Below are positions 8,988-17,538 of a DNA stretch of 64,000 bases, piece after piece. Location: assembly GCA_030648645.1 (NCBI GenBank), contig JAUSHL010000018.1, positions 2,225 through 66,224 of the forward strand. Direction: 5' to 3'. This stretch comes from Candidatus Daviesbacteria bacterium (GTDB lineage Bacteria > Patescibacteriota > Microgenomatia > Daviesbacterales > UBA10151). The first letter of the stretch is position 1. Every line of letters begins with the position of its first letter. The notes under the pieces are model-generated. The model had not been told where the DNA came from, searched no databases, and was given only the letters and a program-made list of their open reading frames with translations. The position numbers were made by a program, and so were the translations under genes.

Positions 8988-9258
8988 GCCACCTTCTACT
9001 TAAAACTCTATTTCTAATTTCATGTTCATCGGTTGGATAAACAGTGATAATCTGGATTTCATCATCCATTATATCATAGGCTACCACCATTGGCTTGTAT
9101 TTTTTTTCATATATTAAGACCTTAATGGCAATTTGGTGTTTTGTTAAAGGATCAAAAAAACGAAATTCTGCTTCCGTCACTATTTTCTTGGGATAAGACT
9201 GAGGAATAAGTCTTTGTTTGAGTCTAATTTTAAGATGTGGTTGCAATATAATCTTCAT
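8968..9258 (-). CDS. DUF4258-like putative toxin
   Basis: HLKIRLKQR...IQIITVYP; overlaps the DUF2283-like gene. Confidence 0.65.
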   Translation of the reverse strand: MKIILQPHLKIRLKQRLIPQSYPKKIVTEAEFRFFDPLTKHQIAIKVLIYEKKYKPMVVAYDIMDDEIQIITVYPTDEHEIRNRVLSRRWLAYEKN

Positions 9259-9274
9259 TAAATTTATTTTAACA

Positions 9275-9313
9275 GAGTTTGAGAAAATTGTTGGGAAAAA
9301 GAAAACTGTCTAG
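9275..9313 (+). pseudogene. Duplicate 3' stub of ftsH
   Basis: [12 protein letters not shown] versus ftsH end [10 protein letters not shown]. Confidence 0.8.
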
Positions 9314-9317
9314 GTCG

Positions 9318-9346
9318 TTGACAACCATTTAATAAGATATTATAAT
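9318..9346 (+). promoter_or_regulatory. Consensus sigma70 promoter
   Basis: TTGACA-N17-TATAAT, ATG at 9354. Confidence 0.8.
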
Positions 9347-9353
9347 TCCAGCC

Positions 9354-9710
9354 ATGGGTGAAGCTAACAAAAGGTATAATATACTTGATGAAGCTCGGGC
9401 GTTATTAGAAGGAAAAAAAGAATGTAAGGCGCCTTTTTTCGAGCGTTGTGCTAATTTTGGGGAAGCTTTAGATGAGAAGTACAAAAATTCATTAACAAAA
9501 CCTACTACCTGTTTGCATAAGCTTTATAGATTTTATAGTGACCTAGACCTAAATAATCTGCAAGTGGGGGTTGGGATAGTAGCAACTGGTATGGCAATGG
9601 TAGTGGGGGGAGCTGTTATTCATAATCCTTATTTATTTATGGCAGGAATATTCACTTTCTTTGGTGCAACTTTGCTTATCGGACTTCAACCAAATAAAAG
9701 CCATGATTAG
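9354..9710 (+). CDS. Hypothetical membrane protein
   Basis: 118 aa with two C-terminal TM helices. Confidence 0.65.
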   Translation: MGEANKRYNILDEARALLEGKKECKAPFFERCANFGEALDEKYKNSLTKPTTCLHKLYRFYSDLDLNNLQVGVGIVATGMAMVVGGAVIHNPYLFMAGIFTFFGATLLIGLQPNKSHD

Positions 9711-9725
9711 TGCTACAATTTGCTC

Positions 9726-12700
9726 ATGGAGAAAATAGTTTTAGTTGATGGGAATGCTCTGCTTCATCGGGCCTATCATGCCACACCTCCACTTTCTACC
9801 TCCAAGGGTGAGCTAATCAATGCAGTTTTTGGTTTTACTTCCATGTTACTTAAAGCCTTAGATGAGTTAAAACCGGAATATATTGCGGTAACTTGGGATT
9901 TAAAGGCTAAAACTTTTCGGCATGAGGTCTTTGAGCAATATAAAGCCAAAAGAAAACCAATGGATGAGGGATTGGCTTCTCAATTTGACCGGGCTCATCA
10001 AATTATTGAAGCTTTTAATATTCCTCAGTTTAGTCTGATAGGATATGAGGCAGATGATCTAATAGGCACGCTTGCAACGCAAGCAGTGAAACTCGAAACT
10101 CGAAACTCGAAACTCGAAACGATCATTGTAACAGGGGATAGGGATTTAATGCAGTTAATAAGTGAGAGGGTAAAAATTTTCATGCCTAAAAAAACTTTAG
10201 CTGATGTTGGATTATATGGAGAAGAAGAATTTGCCTTAAAATATGGCTTTGCCCCCAAAAATTTAGTGGATTTTAAAGCCTTGGCAGGGGATCAGTCAGA
10301 TGGCATTCCGGGTGTGCCTAAAATTGGCGAAGTTTCTGCTACAAAATTAATTCAGGAATATCAAACTATTGAAAATATTTATAAAAATTTGGACAAAGTA
10401 CCCGAGAGAACCAGAAAATTATTGGAAGAAGGCAGAGAATCTGCATTTTTAAGTCATAAATTAGCCACTATTAATACAAATACACCTATTAAATTAGATT
10501 TACCAGCCTGCAAGGTGCATGATTTTGAGAGAGAAAAAGTGGTGGAATTATTTAATGAACTACAATTTAAGAGTTTAATTTCCAGAATTCCTAATATTCC
10601 CTCTGTCATTCCTGCCCGCTTCGCCATAGCTTCAGCGAGGCGAGCGAAAGCAGGAATCCAGAAAGCCTGGATCCCGGATCCCTTCGGCCTCGCTCAGGGC
10701 GGGCAAGTCCGGGATGACAATAGTGAGATTGCTTCTCCGGCTTTGTCGGATCGCAATGACAATAATATGACTGATAGTGATAAAAATCAAAACCAGGCTA
10801 CAACAGATTTAGACAAAGAAGTTGTACCAATTTTAGAAGAAATGTCTAAGATCGGAGTATTGGTAGATCTGGTGTTTTTGAGTAGGCTTAGTGAGGATCT
10901 GCATAGTAGATTAGATAAGATTGAACAGGAAATTTACTCAATTATAGGGCATCAGTGTAATCTTAACAGCCCAAAACAGTTACAAATTGTTCTTTTTGAT
11001 GAACTAAACTTACCGGTTGTAAAAAAGACTAAAACCGGACGGTCAACTGATGAAGAAACCCTGCTGGAGTTAAAAACAGCTCATCCTGTAGTTTCTTTAC
11101 TTTTACAATATAGAACTCTTTATAAATTAGTTTCTACTTATGTTGATGCTTTACCAAAAAGTGTGGGGGATGATGGCCGTGTCCATTCCACTTTTAATGT
11201 GGAAGGTGCTTCAACCGGTAGGATTACTTCCAATCAACCAAATTTACAAAATATTCCGGTTAAAGGGGAGATGGGTTCGGAAATCAGAAAAGCCTTCATT
11301 GCTCCCAAAGGGTCGACCAAAGGTCGATCGCCCTCTGGGCGAAAAGTTTTGTTGGGGGCCGATTACTCACAAATTGAATTGCGGATCCTTGCTGATCTGT
11401 CTCAGGATGAAAATCTGATCAAGGCATTTAAAGAGAATCAGGATATTCATACGCTTACTGCCGCCAAAATTTTTGAAGTTCCGCTGGATAAAGTAACAAA
11501 AGAGCAAAGAAATGTGGGAAAAACTATGAATTTTGCCACTTTGTATGGACAAGGACCTCATGCTCTGTCGCGTCAACTGGGAGTGGAATATAATACTGCA
11601 AAGCAATACATAGATGAGTATTTTGAGCAATTTCCTAAAATTAAAATTTGGAAGGAAAAAGTTTTAAAAGGAGCTTATGAGACAGGATATGCAGAAACTC
11701 TATGGGGGAGAAAAAGATATATTCCGGAGCTTAAAGCCGGCAATAAAATGATGCAGTCTTTTGGGGAAAGAGCAGCTATAAATCATCCGGTTCAGGGTTG
11801 TCTTCCCTGGGAAACAAAAATTCTGACTTCAAGCGGTTATATTCCTATAGGAGAGCTATATAGTGCAAAAGATAAGCCTTCTCTGGTTTGGGATGGGAGT
11901 GATTGGTGGTTTTATGAAGTGTTAGATAGAGGTGAAGCACAATTAGCGCAGATTAAATTTTCTAATGGACAGGTATTTAAATGTGATATAAGACACAAAG
12001 TTTTAACTGTTGATGAGAATGGCTATGAATGGAAAGAATTTTCGCAACTTAGGTCTGGGATGAAAGTATGTTTTAGTATGCCAACAGTTCACGAGTTCTC
12101 TTCTACACAGTTTCGCTTTAAACATACGTCGAACGCTCACAATGGGATTTCTTTAAATATTATTGCAGATAAGGAGTTATGGTACTGGTTAGGATATTAT
12201 ATTGGAGATGGATATCTACATAAACGTTGGAATAGAGCTTGGGCTTTTTCATTAACCTACTTTTTTGGAGAACACGAGAGCGAAAAACGGGATAATTGTA
12301 TAAAATTTTTTACTTCACTAGGTTTGCATCCTACGCAGAGAAAGACTACACATCGCCCTAAAGTTAAATTATCCACACGTTATTTGGTTACAGTGTACTC
12401 TCAGGGTTTTGGAAGGTTGTTTGAGGAGATAGGATTATTAGGTGGAAAAAACGCTCATACTAAACGTTTGCCTTCGCGTATCTTCAAAGAATCTTTAGAG
12501 AATCGTTGTGTTTTTATTAAGGGAATTATGGATTCTGATGGGTATGATGGAATAAAGGAAAACAATAATCCAAGTATTCATATTTGCCAAAGAGGATTGT
12601 TGCAAGAGATACAACTTTTATTAAAAACCGTAGGGACAGAAAGTCAGATTAGGGGACCTTATCTCTATAACGAAAAAATTTCATATCGTCTAGATATTCA

Positions 12701-13409
12701 CAGAAATGCTCTGGCACGGGCTTTACGTCAGGGTGAAATGTCGCGGTTTGACCGTTATTTAAATCGACTAACACCTCAATTTCTAGTACAGGAAGCTGTT
12801 TCTTTAGGTGGTCATTTACAAAAAACTCAATTTGCTACAGCTTCAGATTATGTGTTATATAGCCGATGGAAAAATGGAGGCTCCTCTTCTCTCTATTATT
12901 TTCAAACTTGGCTAAAACGTAATAACGTCATATTACAATCACCTGTTTATCATTTTAATGAAATTACGGAAATAGATATACTTGATCAGTTTGAAACAAC
13001 TTACACTTTAAGTGTTCCTGGGAGTCATAGATTTGATAGCGAAGGTGTTATTTCCAAAAATACAGCAGCTGATATGATAAAAAAAGCTATGGTGGAAATA
13101 AATAATCAGTTATCAGTTCTCAGTGGTCAGTCGTCAGTTTTTGGTCAATCAGTTGTCGGTTTGTCTGTAACTGGTAAACGGAAAACTGGAAAACTAAATT
13201 CCGAAAACCGAAAACAGAAAACTGATAACTGTAAATTAATCCTCCAGGTCCATGATGAATTATTGTTCGAGTGCAACGAGAACTCTGCAGAAGAACTGGG
13301 GAAAATGGTCAAAGAAAAAATGGAAAATGCCCTAAAATTATCTGTTCCTGTGATAGTAGATTTAAAAACAGGTCCAAATTGGGGAGAAATGAAGTCCTTG
13401 AAAATTTAG
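9726..13409 (+). CDS. polA: DNA polymerase I (5' nuclease + polymerase, no evident 3'-5' exonuclease), intein-containing
   Basis: LVDGNALLHRAY, GYEADD, TGRITSNQPNLQNIP, ADYSQIELR, KTMNFATLYG, LQVHDEL. Confidence 0.97.
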   Translation: MEKIVLVDGNALLHRAYHATPPLSTSKGELINAVFGFTSMLLKALDELKPEYIAVTWDLKAKTFRHEVFEQYKAKRKPMDEGLASQFDRAHQIIEAFNIPQFSLIGYEADDLIGTLATQAVKLETRNSKLETIIVTGDRDLMQLISERVKIFMPKKTLADVGLYGEEEFALKYGFAPKNLVDFKALAGDQSDGIPGVPKIGEVSATKLIQEYQTIENIYKNLDKVPERTRKLLEEGRESAFLSHKLATINTNTPIKLDLPACKVHDFEREKVVELFNELQFKSLISRIPNIPSVIPARFAIASARRAKAGIQKAWIPDPFGLAQGGQVRDDNSEIASPALSDRNDNNMTDSDKNQNQATTDLDKEVVPILEEMSKIGVLVDLVFLSRLSEDLHSRLDKIEQEIYSIIGHQCNLNSPKQLQIVLFDELNLPVVKKTKTGRSTDEETLLELKTAHPVVSLLLQYRTLYKLVSTYVDALPKSVGDDGRVHSTFNVEGASTGRITSNQPNLQNIPVKGEMGSEIRKAFIAPKGSTKGRSPSGRKVLLGADYSQIELRILADLSQDENLIKAFKENQDIHTLTAAKIFEVPLDKVTKEQRNVGKTMNFATLYGQGPHALSRQLGVEYNTAKQYIDEYFEQFPKIKIWKEKVLKGAYETGYAETLWGRKRYIPELKAGNKMMQSFGERAAINHPVQGCLPWETKILTSSGYIPIGELYSAKDKPSLVWDGSDWWFYEVLDRGEAQLAQIKFSNGQVFKCDIRHKVLTVDENGYEWKEFSQLRSGMKVCFSMPTVHEFSSTQFRFKHTSNAHNGISLNIIADKELWYWLGYYIGDGYLHKRWNRAWAFSLTYFFGEHESEKRDNCIKFFTSLGLHPTQRKTTHRPKVKLSTRYLVTVYSQGFGRLFEEIGLLGGKNAHTKRLPSRIFKESLENRCVFIKGIMDSDGYDGIKENNNPSIHICQRGLLQEIQLLLKTVGTESQIRGPYLYNEKISYRLDIHRNALARALRQGEMSRFDRYLNRLTPQFLVQEAVSLGGHLQKTQFATASDYVLYSRWKNGGSSSLYYFQTWLKRNNVILQSPVYHFNEITEIDILDQFETTYTLSVPGSHRFDSEGVISKNTAADMIKKAMVEINNQLSVLSGQSSVFGQSVVGLSVTGKRKTGKLNSENRKQKTDNCKLILQVHDELLFECNENSAEELGKMVKEKMENALKLSVPVIVDLKTGPNWGEMKSLKI
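10605..10760. repeat. In-frame REP-like palindrome cluster in the polA linker
   Basis: GTCATTCCTGC[30 bp]GAAAGCAGGAATC; GGATCCCGGAT[24 bp]CAAGTCCGGGATGAC; GAGATTGCTTC...CGCAATGAC. Confidence 0.85.
11799..13061 (+). mobile_element. Intein with LAGLIDADG homing endonuclease (421 aa)
   Basis: Interrupts NHPVQG|TAADMIK; starts CLPWETKILT, ends GVISKN; WLGYYIGDG and FIKGIMDSDG motifs. Confidence 0.95.
13106..13231. repeat. In-frame heptamer-repeat hairpin in the polA C-terminus
   Basis: TCAGTNN repeats facing AAAACNG repeats; CAGTTATCAGTT/AACTGATAACTG termini. Confidence 0.75.
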
Positions 13410-13507
13410 CCTCTCCAGACTTGTCTTGTAAGGCTAATAAAATTTGTTATACAATTAAAGCTAAAACATACCAAAATTACGCAATAGCGAAGAATTAGTA
13501 TGTTTTC

Positions 13508-13537
13508 CCATAAAGTGGACGATCGGGCAAAGTATGG
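13508..13537. repeat. Palindrome family C, degenerate orphan copy
   Basis: CCATAAAGTGGACGATCGGGCAAAGTATGG, 23/30 identical to 33651-33680. Confidence 0.65.
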
Positions 13538-13599
13538 AATTAGATATTTTGCGATTTTCCTGCTTGACTTATATATATCAAAAGTATAAAATGATATAT

Positions 13600-13860
13600 A
13601 TGATGGAAACTGTTCAAGCATTTCAATTAGGTTCTTCTACAGTAATTACTTTGCCCAAAACGCTGGGTATTCATCCTGGACAAAAATTTAGTCTTAAAAA
13701 AACCAATAAAAAAATAGTTTTAAAAGAAGAGAAACTTACTGAAATTGAAGTAGAAAAATTAGTTAAGCGTCTTTCTGGAGGATTAAATTTTAAATATCAT
13801 CCTAATCCTGAGGAGCTCAATAAAATTTTTGATGAAGAATATGAAGATTTGTTATCTTGA
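13600..13860 (+). CDS. AbrB/MazE-type antitoxin
   Basis: QLGSSTVITLPKTLGIHPGQKF; promoter TTGACT-N17-TAAAAT just upstream. Confidence 0.8.
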   Translation: MMETVQAFQLGSSTVITLPKTLGIHPGQKFSLKKTNKKIVLKEEKLTEIEVEKLVKRLSGGLNFKYHPNPEELNKIFDEEYEDLLS

Positions 13861-14296
13861 TGCTAACTTGCTGGTCTACTATGGGAATAGAAATTCGCCT
13901 TTTCATTTTAGGTCTCGAAGCATCATTAAAAAACTTATTTTAGAAAATTGGCAACTACGTATTAGTTCATTAATCTTAGATGAATATGAGCATGCCATAA
14001 TTCGTTTGTCAGGAAGTATAAAGGCAGAAGTCATTAAAGATTTAAGAGGTGGGTTAAAAAAAATTTCTAAAATCCCCATGCTAGAGTTAGTTAATCCTCC
14101 ATTACGGATAAAAGAACATTTCAAAATATTAAAATTTATTGAAAAGTTTGGACTAAAACCTCGAGATGCTTATCATTTGTTTATCATGAAAGAGAATAAG
14201 ATTCAATTTATGGCTACTTTTGATAATGATTTTGAAAAAGTTTTTAACAAAAGTGTGATAAAAAAATTTGAATTAGCCCTAATTGGGGAGAAATGA
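13841..14296 (+). CDS. PIN-domain (VapC) toxin
   Basis: YLDANLLVY...PRDAYH...ATFDNDF. Confidence 0.88.
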   Translation: MKICYLDANLLVYYGNRNSPFHFRSRSIIKKLILENWQLRISSLILDEYEHAIIRLSGSIKAEVIKDLRGGLKKISKIPMLELVNPPLRIKEHFKILKFIEKFGLKPRDAYHLFIMKENKIQFMATFDNDFEKVFNKSVIKKFELALIGEK

Positions 14297-14337
14297 GCAA
14301 GCTCTCTCCTTCGGAGATGAAGCAACTGGAAATTTAA
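14278..14337 (+). pseudogene. Duplicate 3' stub of polA
   Basis: PNWGEM(SKLSPSEM)KQLEI* versus polA end PNWGEMKSLKI*. Confidence 0.75.
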
Positions 14338-14341
14338 TTAA

Positions 14342-14701
14342 CTATTTTATTGAATTAGATAAAGTATAAATTGGTAAAATAAAAGTAGGAATACATAAAA
14401 CTATTGCAGAAAGACCGAATAATCCATCTGCTACAGCTAATATTCCTCCACACTTGGTGGCTAATTTATTTGCACGTTTCATAAATAGTAATAAAATTCC
14501 ATACAAAATACTCGCTAAGCATACAAAAATAGTTAAATAGATGAAAAAATAACCAAAATTAAAATTTGATATTGGAATGCTTTCTTGTTGGTATAAACGA
14601 ACTAATTTGGGAGCAACGAAAAATAACATAATAGAGGGGATAGTGGCAAAAACAATACCATTAATGATATTTATTATTCCGACTGTTTTTGGTTGATCCA
14701 T
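14342..14701 (-). CDS. Hypothetical membrane protein
   Basis: 119 aa, about three TM helices. Confidence 0.65.
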   Translation of the reverse strand: MDQPKTVGIINIINGIVFATIPSIMLFFVAPKLVRLYQQESIPISNFNFGYFFIYLTIFVCLASILYGILLLFMKRANKLATKCGGILAVADGLFGLSAIVLCIPTFILPIYTLSNSIK

Positions 14702-14736
14702 AAAATTATTTTAACACACTTTTCATGTTTTCATAG

Positions 14737-14766
14737 ACATAGAGTGGACGATCATTGTAAGTATGG
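14737..14766. repeat. Palindrome family C, degenerate copy
   Basis: ACATAGAGTGGACGATCATTGTAAGTATGG, resembles 13508-13537. Confidence 0.55.
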
Positions 14767-14782
14767 AATGGAAATGAGATAA

Positions 14783-14818
14783 GTTTATACATCCCACCTC
14801 GGGGGTGGGATATGAAAC
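14783..14818. repeat. GC-cored palindrome
   Basis: GTTTATACATCCCACCTCGGGGGTGGGATATGAAAC. Confidence 0.6.
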
Positions 14819-14862
14819 AGAAATCCAGGTTTTTGGAGTTTAATTTATGATATACTACACCC

Positions 14863-15258
14863 ATGAATAAGCAAAGCTTGATTTCTCGAAGACTCAAAAA
14901 TAAGCAAAGCTTTTCTACGAATAAACTTATTCCTTTTAAAAAATTTTCTAATAAAGCAGAGAGATTTAATTTATCAGGTACCTCTGTTATGGTTAATAAA
15001 ACAGGAGTTCCTTTGGGATTTGTTTTTGGTAGAGATTCTTTTATCTCTTTTTTGGAATATATTGACAGTGAATTTGAGAAAAATGTGACTGATCCAGGAA
15101 AAGCTTTCAATAACCCAGCTGGAAAATTAATTGATTTCATTGAAGAGAAATTACCAGTCAAATCTAAGTTTATGAGTGATATTAAAGAGGCCAGAAAAGA
15201 GGCTCAAAGAATAGGTTGGGTTAGCTTGGGAGAAATTGAACGATCCTTAAATGTTTAA
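14863..15258 (+). CDS. Putative antitoxin
   Basis: C-terminal GWVSLGEIERSL; overlaps the start of the relE relic. Confidence 0.55.
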   Translation: MNKQSLISRRLKNKQSFSTNKLIPFKKFSNKAERFNLSGTSVMVNKTGVPLGFVFGRDSFISFLEYIDSEFEKNVTDPGKAFNNPAGKLIDFIEEKLPVKSKFMSDIKEARKEAQRIGWVSLGEIERSLNV

Positions 15259-15465
15259 TGTTAAATTTACTCCTCAAAGCTAAAATATTTTGCCAGCCAA
15301 CAAGAACCTATAAAATTAGCCAAACCCCTGACTAATTTATCACCAGCTACACATAGATTTAGGGTAGGAGATTACAGAATAGCTTTCTATAAGGATCAAA
15401 CCACTATTTATATAGATAGAATTGGTCATAGAAGAGAAGTATATTATTTCGAAATAGAAATTTAA
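15251..15465 (+). pseudogene. Frameshifted/deleted RelE/StbE toxin
   Basis: MFNVKFTPQS* then, in another frame, HRFRVGDYRIAF...IGHRREVY. Confidence 0.8.
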
Positions 15466-15512
15466 TTTCTATATTTTTGACAAAGTAGATTTTAAGGACT
15501 ATCGTTAGGAGT

Positions 15513-15722
15513 ATGGGAGAAATATTCCGCGTTATTGTTCCGGAGGGAGATGCATCTTTTCCTGCTTTACAAGAATTAAAACAAAAACTTCCTGGGTCAA
15601 CCAGAGTTAAAATTATAGAATCAGACAATAAAATTCCTGGGCAAACTCCTCATCGTTCATATCTTTTTCATTTTAGAGAATCCTCTGAAATTATTAATTA
15701 TGAAGTTAAAGAAATTCAATAG
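15513..15722 (+). CDS. Small hypothetical protein, possibly truncated
   Basis: 69-aa ORF with AGGAG before the ATG. Confidence 0.4.
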   Translation: MGEIFRVIVPEGDASFPALQELKQKLPGSTRVKIIESDNKIPGQTPHRSYLFHFRESSEIINYEVKEIQ

Positions 15723-15879
15723 GGAACAGAGAAAAAATTCAAAAAAGAGAGCGGAAATTGTGCACATGCCTCATTTATTTTCCGGAGGAGAATCCAGTAA
15801 AAATAAAGCCAAAAGACTGGCATCAATTCTTCACAAAGTTCGAAAAAGTTAGAAATCATTTCAAAATCTAAGCCATATT

Positions 15880-16109
15880 GTCATCCTGAACTTGATTCAG
15901 GATCTATATAAACCAATTTAACTCGATGTTGCAATCCTTCGATTACACTCAGGATTGTACTGAGCTTGTCGAATGTACAACCGCCAGCTGGCGGTCTCGT
16001 TAAATGGTTTGAACCCAAAATTTCGATTAAAAGTTGCAGATTGGAGTATTTTGGGTATAGATTCCGTGTCCCTTCGGCCTCGCTCAGGGCGGGCAAGCAC
16101 GGAATGACA
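15880..16109. repeat. Composite nested repeat: REP-like pair enclosing a family-D two-hairpin element
   Basis: GTCATCCTGAACTTGATTCAGGATCT + D copy (15907-16059) + GATTCCGTGT[24 bp]CAAGCACGGAATGAC. Confidence 0.8.
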
Positions 16110-16124
16110 GTTTTGGAATAAAAT

Positions 16125-17072
16125 CTAAACAATCAATTTTTTAACTTCTCTTTGGGTTACCTCAAATTTAGTAAACCCTGTTTTTTCTAAAATCCAAAAA
16201 ATCCCGGAAATTATTGGATAAATTAAAAGGGATAAAAATGAAGACAAAAAGTTTAAAGAAACGAAAAAGGTTATTGATAAAATTATGGCAACGATGCCTA
16301 TATTGGGACCAATTAAATTATTAATTTGGGCAGAAATAGCCTGTTTAATAAAACTATTCTGGGATGTAACAGGAGATTGGGTGGTTGTGATCTGATCTAA
16401 TATTTTTGGATCCGTACCCACTTCGCCAAGGCTTCGCGGGTCAAAGCCATATTGTTTTAAAAGATCCGGATTTTGTTTTAAAAGGTTTATCTGATCTGCA
16501 GATATATTCATCATTGGACCCGGTCCCTGAGGTAAATTAGATGTAGGAAGACCTGAGGTGGCTAAATTAATAATCGGATCAAGCAGAGAATCAGGAATCT
16601 GAAAACCATTTTTTACCAAACTTTGGGAAATATTAAAATAAAAAACTAAGGAAGATACTAAAATAATGAAAGTGGAAAGTCTTTTTATGGAAGGGATCAA
16701 TAAAATGGAAGCTTGAAAAGTTAAATAATTTTGCAGTTTCTTTTGCAAAGTAAAAAAGACAATTAAAAAGGTCAGAAAAAATCCGGCAATTAAAATATAA
16801 ACTGAAGAAGTAATTAGAAATAGAGGAATAAGTGAGGCTAAAACTGCGGTAGGTATAACAATTTTCCAGTTCATGGAGAAAGTTACTAAAATTGCAAAAA
16901 ATAAAGATGATAAAAGTAAGTATGAAACTAACAATACTGCCTGCAAAATTATTTTTAAATCCAGTGAGAAAAGAAAATTAGAATTTTGTAAAAATAAATC
17001 TAAATTAAGGCAAAAAAGGAAGAAGAAAAGCAGAAAAGGTAGGGCAAAAATAATCTTTTTCAAATAGGGCAT
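16125..17072 (-). CDS. Hypothetical polytopic membrane protein
   Basis: 315 aa with multiple TM helices. Confidence 0.8.
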   Translation of the reverse strand: MPYLKKIIFALPFLLFFFLFCLNLDLFLQNSNFLFSLDLKIILQAVLLVSYLLLSSLFFAILVTFSMNWKIVIPTAVLASLIPLFLITSSVYILIAGFFLTFLIVFFTLQKKLQNYLTFQASILLIPSIKRLSTFIILVSSLVFYFNISQSLVKNGFQIPDSLLDPIINLATSGLPTSNLPQGPGPMMNISADQINLLKQNPDLLKQYGFDPRSLGEVGTDPKILDQITTTQSPVTSQNSFIKQAISAQINNLIGPNIGIVAIILSITFFVSLNFLSSFLSLLIYPIISGIFWILEKTGFTKFEVTQREVKKLIV

Positions 17073-17096
17073 ATAAATATTGTAGCAGATTTAAGA

Positions 17097-17396
17097 TTAG
17101 ATAATGGTGTAATATTTTTTGTTATCAAATTCTAGTTCTTTAATTTTGTAGCTGTTATTGGCATGGTCATATAAAACACTTTCAGGTTTTCTATCTAAAA
17201 CATGGTAAAGTTTTCCTGCAAAAACCAAATGTTCTAAAGAATATTCTTCTCCTTCTAAATTAGGTTTGGTAAAAAGAGGACAATGATGAAGTTCGTGTAT
17301 TGCTTGATCTTTATCCTGATAATGATGCATATGGTGAACAAAATATAATTTTTGTTCTTCCTGCTCTTTTTCTGTTAAGAAATTCTGATGATCCAT
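17097..17396 (-). CDS. Hypothetical His-rich protein
   Basis: 99-aa ORF with TATAAT just upstream. Confidence 0.6.
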   Translation of the reverse strand: MDHQNFLTEKEQEEQKLYFVHHMHHYQDKDQAIHELHHCPLFTKPNLEGEEYSLEHLVFAGKLYHVLDRKPESVLYDHANNSYKIKELEFDNKKYYTII

Positions 17397-17439
17397 AAGC
17401 TTATTATATATTAAGCTATCTTTTGGTACAATTTACATA

Positions 17440-17538
17440 ATGAAAATCGCTTTAACACATGATCCTTCGACTACTTCGACTGCGCTCAGTACAAGTCCGC
17501 TCAGGACAAGTTATTTAAGTGGAGGAGAAATTATATGA
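17440..17538 (+). pseudogene. Duplicate 5' stub of the GT4 gene with a nested repeat insertion
   Basis: MKIALTHD[PSTTSTALSTSPLRTS]YLSGGE versus MKVALAHDYLREYGGAE. Confidence 0.7.
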
